Shown: positions 21,559-35,680 of the stretch, in pieces | How positions within the stretch are numbered: position 1 is the stretch's first letter | How the letters are laid out: the number at the start of each line of letters is the position of its first letter | Source of the DNA: Haliotis rubra | Taxonomy: Eukaryota | Direction of reading: 5' to 3' | Assembly (NCBI RefSeq): GCF_003918875.1 | Contig: NW_025767635.1 | Coordinates: 806,001 to 870,000, forward strand | Length of the DNA stretch: 64,000 nt | The notes under the pieces: generated by a model | What the model saw: only the letters and a program-made list of their open reading frames with translations | The model's database searches: none | What the model was told of the DNA's origin: nothing | Translations under genes and position numbers: made by a program

Positions 21559-23659
21559 AGTGGCGTGGACAACCTGGAGACAAACAGCCATGTTACTCAT
21601 GTCACAAATCACATACATGCTCGTAGTAAACCAAGATCAAGGTAGATCTTACCTTGTCAACAAATACAGGCACAAAGGGACGTGATATCATTGGTATTCA
21701 AGTAGTTTATGTGTGAATACTGAGTACATACTCCCAGTTCGATCTGTGACGTCAGGAGGAGGTCATACTGAAAATTGGATCCGAACCACTTCAATAAGCC
21801 ACGGTGTAACCATTTGTTGTTGGTTCTGGTTCACTGGTTCTGGGTATATCAAAGTCTGATGGTGCTTTAAAATGTATTTGAGATAATAATCGTTCAAGAT
21901 CCAAAAGGTTGGACAAAGACGAAGAAGGATATAAATTGGGTTTACAATTTGAATTTTGTGGCAGCCAAGCTGAGAAATGTATTCCAACCTCTTGAGTTAG
22001 CTGCATCATGGCAGGGACAAGTTTGTGAAGTTGTGAAGTTTCATCTTCACTGGATCGATGGTATCTCACATCATGTTAACAATGCAAGCATTACATATGT
22101 AGCAAATGTCATAAACAAAATAGAGAAACGGACATAAACAGACATACTGGAAATTCGATTCGAGTCGCTTGAAAGTGTGGTGTCGTGGGCAGGGAGCAGG
22201 TTCAGTGGGTCCCCACGGACGGCGGACGGGGTTTAAATTGTCCAGTATGGCTGCTGGCTGGCTGACATATCTGATTTTGGATTGAGATGCCAGGAAGTGA
22301 CGGGTAACTAAATACAGTGACCTTGGAGGACCACCTCCTTCTTAAAGCCGTCCAGCTGCCATACTGAGACTGCAATTCTGATGCCTTGAACTAACTTGAA
22401 CTCCCGTAGAGTAATATAACTCAAGATTTACCACTGACTCTATTGAGAGGTTCACAACGATGGTCCACATAAACTTTCAACTTTTCAGACAAGAGAGGTT
22501 ATTAGTGTAAAGTTACTGCGGTTATCAGTTGTGATAAGATGGAGCTGAGATGTAATCCGTTGGATACTGATCCACTAGGACGTATCTGACCTACATGAAG
22601 TGGATAGACACTGGATACATGTACCAACAACACAACTATATATATCTCATGTTAATGGCAAACAAGCATATATGTAGGCTACATAGAGTATGACACCCAA
22701 ATGCTATTTTGAATAAATAATTGCTTCATGTGAGCTCACTGCACAGGGCTCGAGATCCACGAGGTGTCTCCATGCTGGCAATATTTACTGTATACAGGTG
22801 TTATTTAGGATTGTTGTGTAGATCAGGTCTACCTGTTGGTGGGTAGATCACGTGCACATAGCGTGACCAGGTCAACGACTAGTCAAGGTCATTCTGCAGG
22901 CACTCACTGGATTTTACGAGGCCTGTATCAGTTTCAAGGTTGGTTTTCTTTTATTAGTATGTTTCAACTATGAACGTTTTACAACCGGTTGGCTGTTGAT
23001 TGTGCTTTGAGCAGCACTGCAATGTACAATCATCAACTGTTTGAGAGGCATTCTAGAAGTTGTAAGCAATAGGAATGACAAGTGTTTATGGATGATCAAC
23101 TTCTTTATTGTACAATCAGAGACCATATAATAGATTATATGGTCTCTGGTACAATTGCGTACACCGTTTTCAATAACCAACTTTAAAGAGCCTCGTCTAA
23201 CCATCATCGTGTAGGATATAGCTGTTAAGCGCATGGCTGACTGTAAGGGGGTAAACTAAAGCATGTGTAGAGTTTTCACTGGAACCCAAAATGTTGCATG
23301 TTACAATGAACGAAGGTTCAGGTTGTGAAATGTGGAGAGGGGCAAAATACGGGTCTCGCCTGGAGGGTCCCTCATCCCAGTCGGTTCAGTGAACGCAGGA
23401 CCCGCTTTAAAAGAATGCGTTACTAACTGCTCTTCATGTGACTGGCGGGTATTAATATTCTATAGATTGTTTAGCAAGTTGTTAAGCTCCTTCCAGATGG
23501 CAGCTCTTACCTGTGTGTAGCGCTCGATGTGCCCTTGTTTTCCAGCGACCAACTCGCACGAAATGAGGAGATGATGAGTGCCCCAGCTGATATGTGCTGG
23601 CTGGCTCGTGAACTTTAACCCTTAACCCCTTATCACGGGATCTACTTGGCATCTGGGTC

Positions 23660-24197
23660 TTATATAGAACAGTTGAATGTATGGTATACCACATGTATGA
23701 AATGGTCAAATGTATGTTATATCACATGTATAGAACAGTCAAATGTATGTTATATCACATGTATAGAACAGTACGAATGTATGTTATACCGCATGTATAG
23801 AATAGTAGGAATCCATGTTATAACACACGTATAAAACAGTGCGAATGTATGTTATAACACATATATAGAAAAGCGAATATAACAGTGCGAATATATGTTG
23901 TTCGGCGTGTATATAACAGTGGGAATATATCTTGTTCCACTTGTATAGAACAGTGGGAATATATGTTGTTCCACACATATAGAACAGTGGGAATATATGT
24001 TGTTCCACATATATAGAACAGTGGGAATATATGTTGTTCCACATATATAGAACAGTGGGAATATATGTTGTTCCACATATATAGAACAGTGGGAATATAT
24101 GTTGTTCCACATATATAGAACAGTGGGAATATATGTTGTTCCACATATATAGAACAGTGGGAATATATGTTGTTCCACATATATAGAACAGTGGGAA
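23660..24197. repeat. 34-bp minisatellite
   Basis: Unit gttccacatatatagaacagtgggaatatatgtt; degenerate on the left. Confidence 0.9.
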
Positions 24198-25298
24198 CGT
24201 ATCCGTGTCAGCAGTTAAACAGTCAATGTAACAATAGCTGAGGGCCTCTGTCAGCCTGTGTAAAGGGCAAAGTTGTTGTTGACGTGAAACTAGACCGAAC
24301 ATGCCCGATCAACACTGATACCGTGTCACGGGGGGCGGCCAGTGTGCTGGGGACACCAAACAAGGGTCCAGACAAGGCTACATATTATCCCTTCCACTTT
24401 GAAAAAGATGAAAATAAATTGATAAAAGACCGTATTCGCACATATATTTATGACTACCATACATAAATGTATAGGGTTTTTTGTATACTATACGATATCA
24501 TTGATGAGATTTAGGTGGACAACAGCGGGGCATGTTTACAGGTGTTGCTATAGGAGCCTGTGCTGAGCCTGTGCTGAGCCTGTGCTGAGTCAAACATAGT
24601 CTTCACAACAAGGTAGATCTATCGACTGAACACGATTAATCAGATATCGAAAAGAGAATATAATTTTCTATTCAACGCTACCCTGATATTTCTAAATGAT
24701 ATGTTGTTTGATAGGCACCTCAAAGGGTTGGAAAATGACAAAATAGCAATTGTATGGGTTACAACTTCTTGAATTTTATGTGGAGTCGTTCCGGTATGGG
24801 TCCTGATACCGGTATCAGGCTGAATGATGTGAGAATGGATATACAAGACATCAGATTCCTCAGATTGGTGGGGTTTTTTTTTGCTAAGTCTGAATACATG
24901 TAATAGCCACCCCACACTTTACATATAGCTACTGAATAGACAGCAGTACATCCATTATAAACTAGCTTTTCAATGACTGGACTTTTACGCCTCAGAATAC
25001 GAATTTGCTTATAGAATGTATTTATTATCGGCGTCGTATGTTTGTTCTAGTTCTGTGCGTATTCCCATACAATCACCTGAAGAAAGGGCTAGAAGTAGTC
25101 CAGAAACGTCGTGTAACACAACAAAGAAGAAGTTGCCATCCATATACTCGTCTTAAATTCACTGTTTTGGTTTTGGTTTTCGGTGTAAACGTCTGAATTC
25201 CCTTTTTATAGGATCTGAATAAAATGTTTTTAAAAAACAAGAAAATTCACACAAGGAGTTTGCCAACACAACAACAGCCTTTATTGTTGTGTTTCTGT

Positions 25299-25872
25299 TT
25301 ACTTGAGTCCACAAGACGGCGTCAAAGTCAGTACTTTGTATGGCCACCATTGGCAGCAATTACTGCTCGGCACCGTCTCGAAGCAGTCTTTCTGCAATGC
25401 GATTGCCAGTTGCGGAAGTGTTTGAGGCTTATTTTGACGTTGACGTCCACGTCGATCGAGTTGATCCCACAGGTGTTCTATCGGGTTTAGATCTGGTGAT
25501 CGGGAAGGCCATTGCAAGACAATGGCGTTAGAATGGCAAGGTAGTGGACATACTGAAGTATGTGAAGTAGCGTTGTCATGCTGGAACAACTCCCTCTGTC
25601 GGCCCATAATCGGAAGCATGTGACGTGCAAGGACTTCGTTGACGTACCGATTTGCTGTCAAATTCCCCTGAACCACAACTAACTCAGATATTCGTGTGCT
25701 GGATATCGCACCCTACACCATGATCCTGCCTCCACCGAATCTGTCGACCTGTCGAATGCAATTAGGGGCATTATAACGTTCATTTCTCCGACGGTAAACA
25801 CGCTGTCTTCCATCTCGAAAGGTGAAGAAGAAATCGTGATTCATCACGGAACCGGACTCTACGACACCACGT
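25299..25872 (-). pseudogene. Tc1/mariner DDE transposase fragment
   Basis: WFRDESRF...RVYRR, FGGGRIMV*GAIS, VQGNLTANRYVNEVL, FQHDNATSHT, LQWPSRSPDLNPIEHLWDQL. Contains a stop codon and is truncated by the 42-bp array. Confidence 0.88.
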
Positions 25873-27472
25873 ATGAGAGCAGGTTATTCACTTAGATGTG
25901 CCTTAAAGTCTTCTATGACAGCAGGTTATTCACTTATATGTGCCTTAAAGTCTTCTATGACAGCAGGTTATTCACTTATATGTGCCTTAAAGTCTTCTAT
26001 GACAGCAGGTTATTCACTTAGATGTGCCTTAAAGTCTTCTATGACAGCAAGTTATTCACTTAGATGTGCCTTAAAGTCTTCTATGACAGCAGGTTATTCA
26101 TGTGCCTTAAAGTCTTCTAGATGTGCCTTATTCAAAGTCTTCTATCTTCTATGCAAGTTATTCACTTAGATGTGTGCCTTAAAGTCTTCTATGACAGCAG
26201 GTTATCAACTTAGATGTGCCTTAAAGTCTTCTATGACAGCAGGTTATTCACTTAGATGTGCCTTAAAGTCTTCTATGACAGCAAGTTATTCACTTAGATG
26301 TGCCTTAAAGTCTTCTATGACAGGTTATTCACAGCAGGTTATTCCTTAGATGTGCCTTAAAGTCTTCTATGACAGCAGGTTATTCACTTAGATGTGCCTT
26401 TAAAGTCTTCTATGACAGCAAGTTATTCACTTAGATGTGCCTTAAAGTCTTCTATGACAGCAGGTTATTCACTTAGATGTGCCTTAAAGTCTTCTATGAC
26501 AGCAAGTTATTCACTTAGATGTGCCTTAAAGTCTTCTATGACAGCAGGTTATTCACTTAGATGTGCCTTAAAGTCTTCTATGACAGCAGGTTATTCACTT
26601 AGATGTGCCTTAAAGTCTTCTATGACAGCAGGTTATTCACTTAGATGTGCCTTAAAGTCTTCTATGACAGCAAGTTATTCACTTAGATGTGCCTTAAAGT
26701 CTTCTATGACAGCAGGTTATTCACTTAGATGTGCCTTAAAGTCTTCTATGACAGCAGGTTATTCACTTAGATGTGCCTTAAAGTCTTCTATGACAGCAAG
26801 TTATTCACTTAGATGTGCCTTAAAGTCTTCTATGACAGCAGGTTATTCACTTAGATGTGCCTTAAAGTCTTCTATGACAGCGAGTTATTCACTTAGATGT
26901 GCCTTAAAGTCTTCTATGACAGCAGGTTATTCACTTAGATGTGCCTTAAAGTCTTCTATGACAGCAAGTTATTCACTTAGATGTGCCTTAAAGTCTTCTA
27001 TGACAGCAGGTTATTCACTTAGATGTGCCTTAAAGTCTTCTATGACAGCAGGTTATTCACTTAGATGTGCCTTAAAGTCTTCTATGACAGCAAGTTATTC
27101 ACTTAGATGTGCCTTAAAGTCTTCTATGACAGCAGGTTATTCACTTAGATGTGCCTTAAAGTCTTCTATGACAGCAGGTTATTCACTTAGATGTGCCTTA
27201 AAGTCTTCTATGACAGCAGGTTATTCACTTAGATGTGCCTTAAAGTCTTCTATGACAGCAGGTTATTCACTTAGATGTGCCTTAAAGTCTTCTATGACAG
27301 CAGGTTATTCACTTAGATGTGCCTTAAAGTCTTCTATGACAGCAAGTTATTCACTTAGACGTGCCTTAAAGTCTTCAATCACAGCAAGTTATTCCATTAG
27401 ATGTGCCTTAAAGTCTTCTATGACAGCAGGTTATTCACTTATATGTGCCTTAAAGTCTTCTATGACAGCAGG
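25873..27472. repeat. 42-bp minisatellite (~38 copies)
   Basis: Unit atgacagcaggttattcacttagatgtgccttaaagtcttct. Confidence 0.96.
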
Positions 27473-27659
27473 CTGGGCGCGGTCAGAGATACGGAGGAGA
27501 GAAGCGAAGTGCTGAGTTTGCTAAATGTCACTTTGGGACATTCATTCTTTCTTTCATTATATTCATACACTATAAAATGATTTACATGATGGTGAGTTCT
27601 TTCCTGTTTCATGTAACTTTACCATTAACGTCCCCAGCATGCCTGCACGTACATGGAAA

Positions 27660-29940
27660 AATCCTGCATGTGTTCTGGAGAGAAAAGAATCCTGCATGTG
27701 CTGTGGAGACACAAGAGATGAATACCTGCATGTGTTGTGGAGACACAAGAGAGGACTCCCTGCATGTGGCGTGGAGACACAAGAGAGGACTCCCTGCATG
27801 TGGTGTGGAGACACAAGAGATGAATACCTGCATGTGGTGTAGAGACACAAGAGAGGACTCCCTGCATGTGACGTGGAGACACAAGAGATGAATACCTGCA
27901 TGTGGTGTGGAGACACAAGAGATGAATACCTGCATGTGGCGTGGAGACAAGAGAATCCTGCATGTGGCGTGGAGACACAAGAGATGAATACCTGCATGTG
28001 GTGTGGAGACACAAGAGATGAATACCTGCATGTGGTGTGGAGACACAAGAGATGAATACCTGCATGTGGCGTGGAGACAAGAGAATCCTGCATGTGGCGT
28101 GGAGACACAAGAGATGAATACCTGCATGTGGCGTGGAGACACAAGAGATGAATACCTCTGCATGTGGTGTGGAGACAAAGAGAGAATCCTGCATGTGGCG
28201 TGGAGACACAAGAGATGAATACCTGCATGTGGTGTGGAGACACAAGAGATGAATACCTGCATGTGGCGTGGAGACACAAGAGAGGACTCCCTGCATGTGA
28301 CGTGGAGACACAAGAGATGAATACCTGCATGTGGTGTGGAGACACAAGAGATGAATACCTGCATGTGGTGTGGAGACACAAGAGATGAATACCTGCATGT
28401 GGTGTGGAGACACAAGAGAGGACTCCCTGCATGTGACGTGGAGACACAAGAGATGAATACCTGCATGTGGTGTGGAGACACAAGAGATGAATACCTGCAT
28501 GTGGTGTGGAGACACAAGAGATGAATACCTGCATGTGGTGTGGAGACACAAGAGAGGACTCCCTGTATGTGGTGTGGAGACACAAGAGATGAATACCTGC
28601 ATGTGGTGTGGAGACACAAGAGATGAATACCTGCATGTGGTGTGGAGACCCAAGAGAGGACTCCCTGTATGTGACGTGGAGACACAAGAGATGAGGACAC
28701 CCTGCATGTGGTGTGGAGACACAAGAGAGGACTCCCCTGCATGTGGCGTGGAGACACAAGAGAGAATCCCTGCATGTGGCGTGGAGACACAAGAGAGGAT
28801 GAATACCTGCATGTGGTGTGGAGACACAAGAGAGGAATCCCTGCATGTGACGTGGAGACACAAGAGATGAATACCTGCATGTGGTGTGGAGACACAAGAG
28901 ATGAATACCTGCATGTGGTGTGGAGACACAAGAACTCCCTGTATGTGATGACCTGCGTGGAGACAAGAGAATCCTGCATGTGGAGACACACAAGAGATGA
29001 ATACCTGCATGTGGTGTGGAGACACAAGAGAGGAATCCTGCATGTGGTGTGGAGACACAGAGAGAATCCTGCATGTGGTGTGGAGACACAAGAGAGATGA
29101 ATACCTGCATGTGGTGTGGAGACACAAGAGATGTACCCCTGCATGTGGTGTGGAGACACAAGAGAGGACTCCCTGTATGTGGTGTGGAGACACAAGAGAG
29201 GACTCCCTGTATGTGGTGTGGAGACACAAGAGAGGACTCCCTGTATGTGGTGTGGAGACACAAGAGAGGACTCCCTGTATGTGGTGTGGAGACACAAGAG
29301 AGGACTCCCTGTATGTGAGACTCCTGTGGAGACACAAGAGAGGACTCCCTGTATGTGGTTGTGGAGACACAAAGAGGACCCTGTATGTGGTGTGGAGACA
29401 CAAGAGGACTCCCCTGTATGTGGTGTGGAGACACAAGAGAGGACTCCCATGCATGTGGTGTGGAGACACAAGAGATGACTCCCTGCATGTGGTGTGGAGA
29501 CACAAGAGAGGACTCCCCTGCATGTGTTGTGGAGACACTGTGGAGATGTGGTGTGGAGACACAAGAGAGGACTCCCTGTATGTGGTGTGGAGACACAAGA
29601 GAGGACTCCCTGTATGTGGTGTGGAGACACAAGAGAGGACTCCCTGTATGTGGTGTGGAGACACAAGAGAGGACTCCCTGTATGTGGTGTGGAGACACAA
29701 GAGAGGACTCCCTGTATGTGGTGTGGAGACACAAGAGAGGACTCCCTGTATGTGGTGTGGAGGAGACCCATGTGGTGTGGAGACACAAGAGGACTCCCTG
29801 TATGTGTTGTGGAGACACAAGAGAGGACTCCCTGTAAGTGTTGTGGAGACACAAGAGAGGACTCCCTGTATGTGTTGTGGAGACACAAGAGAGGACTCCC
29901 TGTATGTGTTGTGGAGACACAAGAGAGGATTCCCTGCAGC
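27660..29940. repeat. 34-bp minisatellite with two polarised variants
   Basis: gtggagacacaagagatgaatacctgcatgtggt dominates on the left; gtggagacacaagagaggactccctgtatgtggt dominates on the right. Confidence 0.96.
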
Positions 29941-31157
29941 ACCACACACATACCAAGGTTTCCAGAGTACAAGAACTTGACTGTGTCTATTTCAGAACTG
30001 TGCCAAGCGTACTGATTTAGCCGAATCAATATGCATGCTCCTTTTTCTCTACGATGGTAGGAAGTCATGGATAACTGTTAACAATGAATGCATCATTAAC
30101 TATCCTTAACAAGTACTTTTAGTTTGTCTAGATCTCTCTCACAGACAGATGGCTCACAATACAAGGAGCACAAAACGCTATGTTCAGTCGGACTCACTGC
30201 CCACGCTGGCGCCTCTGTAACCAATATCTACTGCTTGGCGGCATCAGTTGTCAAATATTTTTTAGGTACCAATGAAAGCAGATATGACTTTGGGGAAGGG
30301 GGTTGGGGTTGTCAGTAAGTACTTTGTGTGACAACTGAACACGTTTAAAAAGGTTTTATTTATATGACTCCTTGAAGCCAGAATTCAATAATAAATGGTG
30401 TCCAATACCATTTGACGACTATTCCCTTCCTCCCGTCAGGACATACCAACTCAGTGTAAGAATTCAACAGAGGATATCAGCTAGACAAGACATGTTTGAG
30501 TAACCATGGACCATGATGCACGGGGGGCGATAACACACTATCAAAGAAGCTGTACTAAACAGAAACTAAACTAAAAATAGAAATGTTTACATAAAATATG
30601 AAGAGTGAATGTAACAACTGAACAATAGCATTTAACTGTGTCACGGCCATCCACTGTGAGCATGTACAGTCACACCTGGCTACGTGTCGGCACATCGGGA
30701 GTACATCGCCCCACACCGCTGTACAGCCACACAGATAACGCTATAGATAAGTACGACCCGTGTAACAATTGACATCCCCGTATTCAGTCGCAGGCGTCCC
30801 GCTGTTGTGAGTGGGATTTGTTGTGAGGATGAATCTCACCACCACCAAGTGACAGATCTAGGGGAGACTTCTGCAGGGTTACCGACAGGCGTCGATAGTG
30901 TCACGTATCGATGTCAAAGTTGAAGCAATAAGTTTACCAGAAATCTAAAGAAATTTGGTGTGAAACCAACAAAGAATGACATGTTATACAATTAACAATT
31001 GTAATCTAAACTAACTACATTTAGAGTCAATATGTATGTCCCTACAATGACAATGGCAGTATCAAAGTGAATGGCAGCACAATGGCTGCAGTGGTTTAAC
31101 CAGAAGCACTATGACAGCAACATATCAACTCGCTGCAACAGTAGTTTTGCTTACACA

Positions 31158-31894
31158 CAAGGCCTCGCTGGGCATTTGATAGTCTGCCTTGGATACAAGC
31201 CTCGCTGGGCATTTGATAGTCTGCCTTGGATACAAGGCCTCGCTGGACAGTTGATAGTCTGCCTTGGATACAAGGCCTCGCTGGACAGTTGATAGTCTGC
31301 CTTGGATACAAGGCCTCGCTGGGCAGTTGATAGTCTGCTTTGGATACAAGGCCTCGCTGGACAGTTGATAGTCTGCCTTGGATACAAGGCCTCGCTGGGC
31401 AGTTGATAGTCTGCCTTGGATACAAGGCCTCGCTGGGCAGTTGATAGTCTGCCTTGGATACAAGGCCTCGCTGGGCATTTGATAGTCTGCCTTGGATACA
31501 AGGCCTCGCTGGGCATTTGATAGTCTGCCTTGGATACAAGGCCTCGCTGGGCATTTGATAGTCTGCCTTGGATACAAGGCCTCGCTGGGCATTTGATAGT
31601 CTGCCTTGGATACAAGGCCTCGCTGGGCATTTGATAGTCTGCCTTGGATACAAGGCCTCGCTGGGCATTTGATAGTCTGCCTTGGATACAAGGCCTCGCT
31701 GGGCATTTGATAGTCTGCCTTGGATACAAGGCCTCGCTGGGCAAGTGATAGTCTGCCTTGGATACAAGGCCTCGCTGGGCAGTTGATAGTCTGCCTTGGA
31801 TACAAGGCCTCGCTGGGCAAGTGATAGTCTGCCTTGGATACAAGGCCTCGCTGGGCATTTGATAGTCTGCCTTGGATACAAGGCCTCGCTGGGC
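31158..31894. repeat. 38-bp minisatellite
   Basis: Unit caaggcctcgctgggcatttgatagtctgccttggata. Confidence 0.96.
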
Positions 31895-32267
31895 GTCCAG
31901 GTAGACTAACATCTTGTCTCTGCAATGAACATACTTTACAGACAAAAAGTTCATAGCAAAAACAAATATAATGAAAAGGAGCCCTGAGACTTTCTTCATT
32001 TTCAGAAGCTGTGGAAATCTAGACTTGCCACATTTTCCAGACTTGCATGGGCTTTCTTGGATATATTTGCTTCAGGGCCTGTATGACAGAATAGGCATCC
32101 AGGGTGAAACCTGATCTCCTCACAACTGCTGGCCATGAGACCGACACGAGAGTTCCTCATTACGTATGTTAAAAAGCTTCCAAGAGTTTTCCATCATTTA
32201 TTCAGGCTGCTCTAAAAGCTTCAAGCCAGACCTTGACACGCAATCTGAATACAGTAACAACCACTAC

Positions 32268-33100
32268 GTCAATATGCGTAGTAGAACTACACAAATGTAC
32301 AGTTGTCAATATACCTAGCAGAAGTAGACACAAGTACAGCTGTCAATATATCTAGCAGAAGTATATATATGTACAGGTGTCAGTATACGTAGCAGAAGTA
32401 TACACATGTACAGGTGTCAATATACGTAACAGAAGTATACACATGTAGGTGCACGAAGAAGTATACACATGTACAGGTGTCAATATACGTAGCAGAAGTA
32501 TACACATGTACAGGTGTCAATATACGTAACAGAAGTATACACATGTACAGGTGTCAATATACGTAACAGAAGTATACACATGTACAGGTGTCAATATACG
32601 TAACAGAAGTATACACATGTACAGGTGTCAATATACGTAACAGAAGTATACACATGTACAGGTGTCAATATACGTAGCAGAAGTATACACATGTACAGGT
32701 GTCAATATACGTAACAGAAGTATACACATGTACAGGTGTCAATATACGTAACAGAAGTATACACATGTACAGGTGTCAATATACGTACAGAAGTATGCAC
32801 ATGTACAGGTGTCAATATACGTAACAGAAGTATACACATGTACAGGTGTCAATATACGTAACAGAAGTATACACATGTACAGGTGTCAATATACGTAACA
32901 GAAGTATACACATGTACAGGTGTCAATATACCTAGCAGAAGTATATATATGTACAGATGTCATCATACCTAGCAGAAGTATATATATGTACAGATGTCAA
33001 TATACCTAGCAGAAGTATACACATGTACAGGTGTCAATATACCTAGCAGAAGTATGCATATGTACAGGTGTCAATATACGTAGCAGAAGTATGCATGTGT
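32268..33100. repeat. 37-bp minisatellite
   Basis: Unit gtcaatatacgtaacagaagtatacacatgtacaggt. Confidence 0.95.
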
Positions 33101-33407
33101 ATTGATGTTGCAGGGTTACAGTTGCAGACAGTTGCTGCTTTGGTGTTACAGTCTCTGATGAGATTATGGCTGGTCCTTATATTGTGTAAACATCACATAA
33201 TGTGGTTATCCGCCTGATGTAGTCCATACTGTCCCTGTACGGGTTATCTGTGTAGGTGTGCACGCTATCTGTTATATATGACAGTGGTCCCATGCCTTGC
33301 TGTGTACAATGACAACTTGATACCTTATATATAATCTATGATAACAGGTGTGCATGAAAACCGATACAAGGTTATTCTATTTAAGTGAGAAAGAAACTCA
33401 GTGTAAT

Positions 33408-35680
33408 GCCCATCTCCAGGATAACCCTCCCCATCTCCAGGTTAACCCTACTCACCCATCTGTAGGTTAACCTTCCACTCTCATCTACAGGTTCACCGCT
33501 CACCCCACCTCAAGGTCAACCCTACAATCCCATCTCCAGGTAAACCCTCCCCATCTCCAGGTAAACCCTCTCCATCTCCAGGTAAACCCTCCCCATCTCC
33601 AGGTAAACCCTCCCCATCTCCAGGTTAACCTTCCCCATCTCCAGGTAAACCCTCCCCATCTTCAGGCAAACCCTCCACCCTCTCCAGGTAAACCCTCCCA
33701 TCTCCAGGTAAACCCTCCCCATCTCCAGGTAAACCCTCTCCATCTCCAGGTTAACCCTCCCCATCTCCAGGTAAACCCTCCCCATCTCCAGGTTAACCTT
33801 CCCCATCTCCAGGTAAACCCTCCCCATCTTCAGGCAAACCCTCCACTCCCATCTCCAGGTAAACCCTCCCCATCTCCAGGGTAACCCCTCTCAATCTCCA
33901 GGCAAACCCTCCCCATCGCCAGGTAAACCCTCCACTCCCATCTCCAGGTTAACCCTCCCCATCTCCAGGTTAACCCTCCCCATCTCCAGGTAAACCCTCC
34001 CAATCGCCAGGTAAACTCTCCACTCCCATCTCCAGGTTAACCCTCACCATCTCCAGGCAAACCCTCCGCTCCCATCTACAGGTAAACCATCCCCATCTCC
34101 AGGCAAACCCTCCCCATCGCCAGGTAAACCCTCCACTCCCATCTCCAGGTTAACCCTCCCCATCTCCAGGTGAACCCTCCCCATCTCCAGGTGAACCCTC
34201 CACTCCCATCTCCAGGTAAACCCTCCCCATCTCCAGGTAAACCCTCCCCATCTCCAGGTAAACCCTCCACTTCCATCTACAGGTTAACCTTCCCCATCTC
34301 CAGGGTAACCCTTCCCATCTCAAGGTAAACCCTCGCCATCTCCAGGGAAACCCTCCCCATCTCCAGGTTAACCCTCCCCATCTCCAGGTAAACCCTCCTC
34401 TCCCATCTCCTGGGTAACCCTCCCCAAATCCAGGTAAACCCTCCCCATCTCCAGGTTAACCCTCCACTCCCATCTCCAGGTAAACCCTCCCCATCTCCAG
34501 GGTAAACCCTCCCCATCTCCAGGTAAACCCTCCACTTCCATCTACAGGTTAACCTTCCCCATCTCCAGGGTAACCCTCCCCATCTCCAGGGAAACCCTCC
34601 CCGTCTCCAGGTAAACCCTCCCCATCTCCAGGGTAACCCTCCCCATCTCCAGGTAAACCCTCCCCATCTCCAGGTAAACCCTCCGCTCCCATCTCAAGGT
34701 AAACCCTCCACTCCCATCTCCAGGTGAACCCTCCCCATCTCCAGGTAAACCCTCCCCATCTCCAGGTAAACCCTCCTCTCCCATCTCCTGGGTACCCTCC
34801 CCAAATCCAGGTAAACCATCCCCATCTCCAGGTTAACCCTCCCCATCTCCAGGGTAACCCTCCCCATCTCCAGGGTAACCCTCCCCATCTCCAGGTAAAC
34901 CCTCCCCATCTCCAGGTAAACCCTCCGCTCCCATCTCAAGGTAAACCCTCCACTCCCATCTCCAGGTGAACCCTCCCCATCTCCAGGTAAACCCTCCCCA
35001 TCTCCAGGTAAACCCTCCTCTCCCATCTCCTGGGTAACCCTCCCCAAATCCAGGTAAACCATCCCCATCTCCAGGTTAACCCTCCACTCCCATCTCCAGG
35101 TGAACCCTCCCCATCTCCAGGTAAACCCTCCCCATCTCCAGGTAAACCCTCCTCTCCCATCTCCTGGGTAACCCTCCCCAAATCCAGGTAAACCATCCCC
35201 ATCTCCAGGTTAACCCTCCACCTCCTTCTCCAGGTTAACCCTCCTCATACTCATCTCCAGGTAGACCCTCCGCCCCATCTCCAGGTAAACCCTCCCCATC
35301 TCCGGGTTAACCATCCGATCCCATCTCAAGGTAACCGTTCACTCTCATCTCAGGTTAATCCTCCACCCCCCATCTCAAGATAAATCGTCCATTCCAAGCT
35401 TAAGTTAACCCTCCCCATCTCCGGGTTAACCCTCCACTTCCAACACGAGTTTAACTTTCCCCATCTCCAGGTTAACCATCCTCTCTCATCTACAGGTTAA
35501 CCCTCCACCCCAACCCCCAGGTTAACCGTCCGCTCCCATCTCAAGGATAACCCTCTCCATCTCCAGGTTAACCCTCCACCCCATCTCAAGGATAACCCTC
35601 TCCATCTCAAGGATAACCCTCCACCCCATCTCAAGGTTAACCCTCCACCGCCATTTCAAGGTTAACCTCCACCCTACCCT
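33408..35680. repeat. C-rich 21/26-bp minisatellite
   Basis: Unit ccatctccaggtaaaccctcc, with ccctccactcccatc variants. Confidence 0.95.

Noticed and set aside
21574-22240. Non-coding 5' exons and TATA-like box of SELENOP (acceptor ~21574, donors ~21652 and ~22147, TTTAAA ~22235)
   Set aside because: Plausible but based only on short motifs; needs transcript data.
25873-35202. Long repetitive ORFs (373-819 aa) in several frames
   Set aside because: They are translations of minisatellites, often open in multiple frames and on both strands, with no gene structure.
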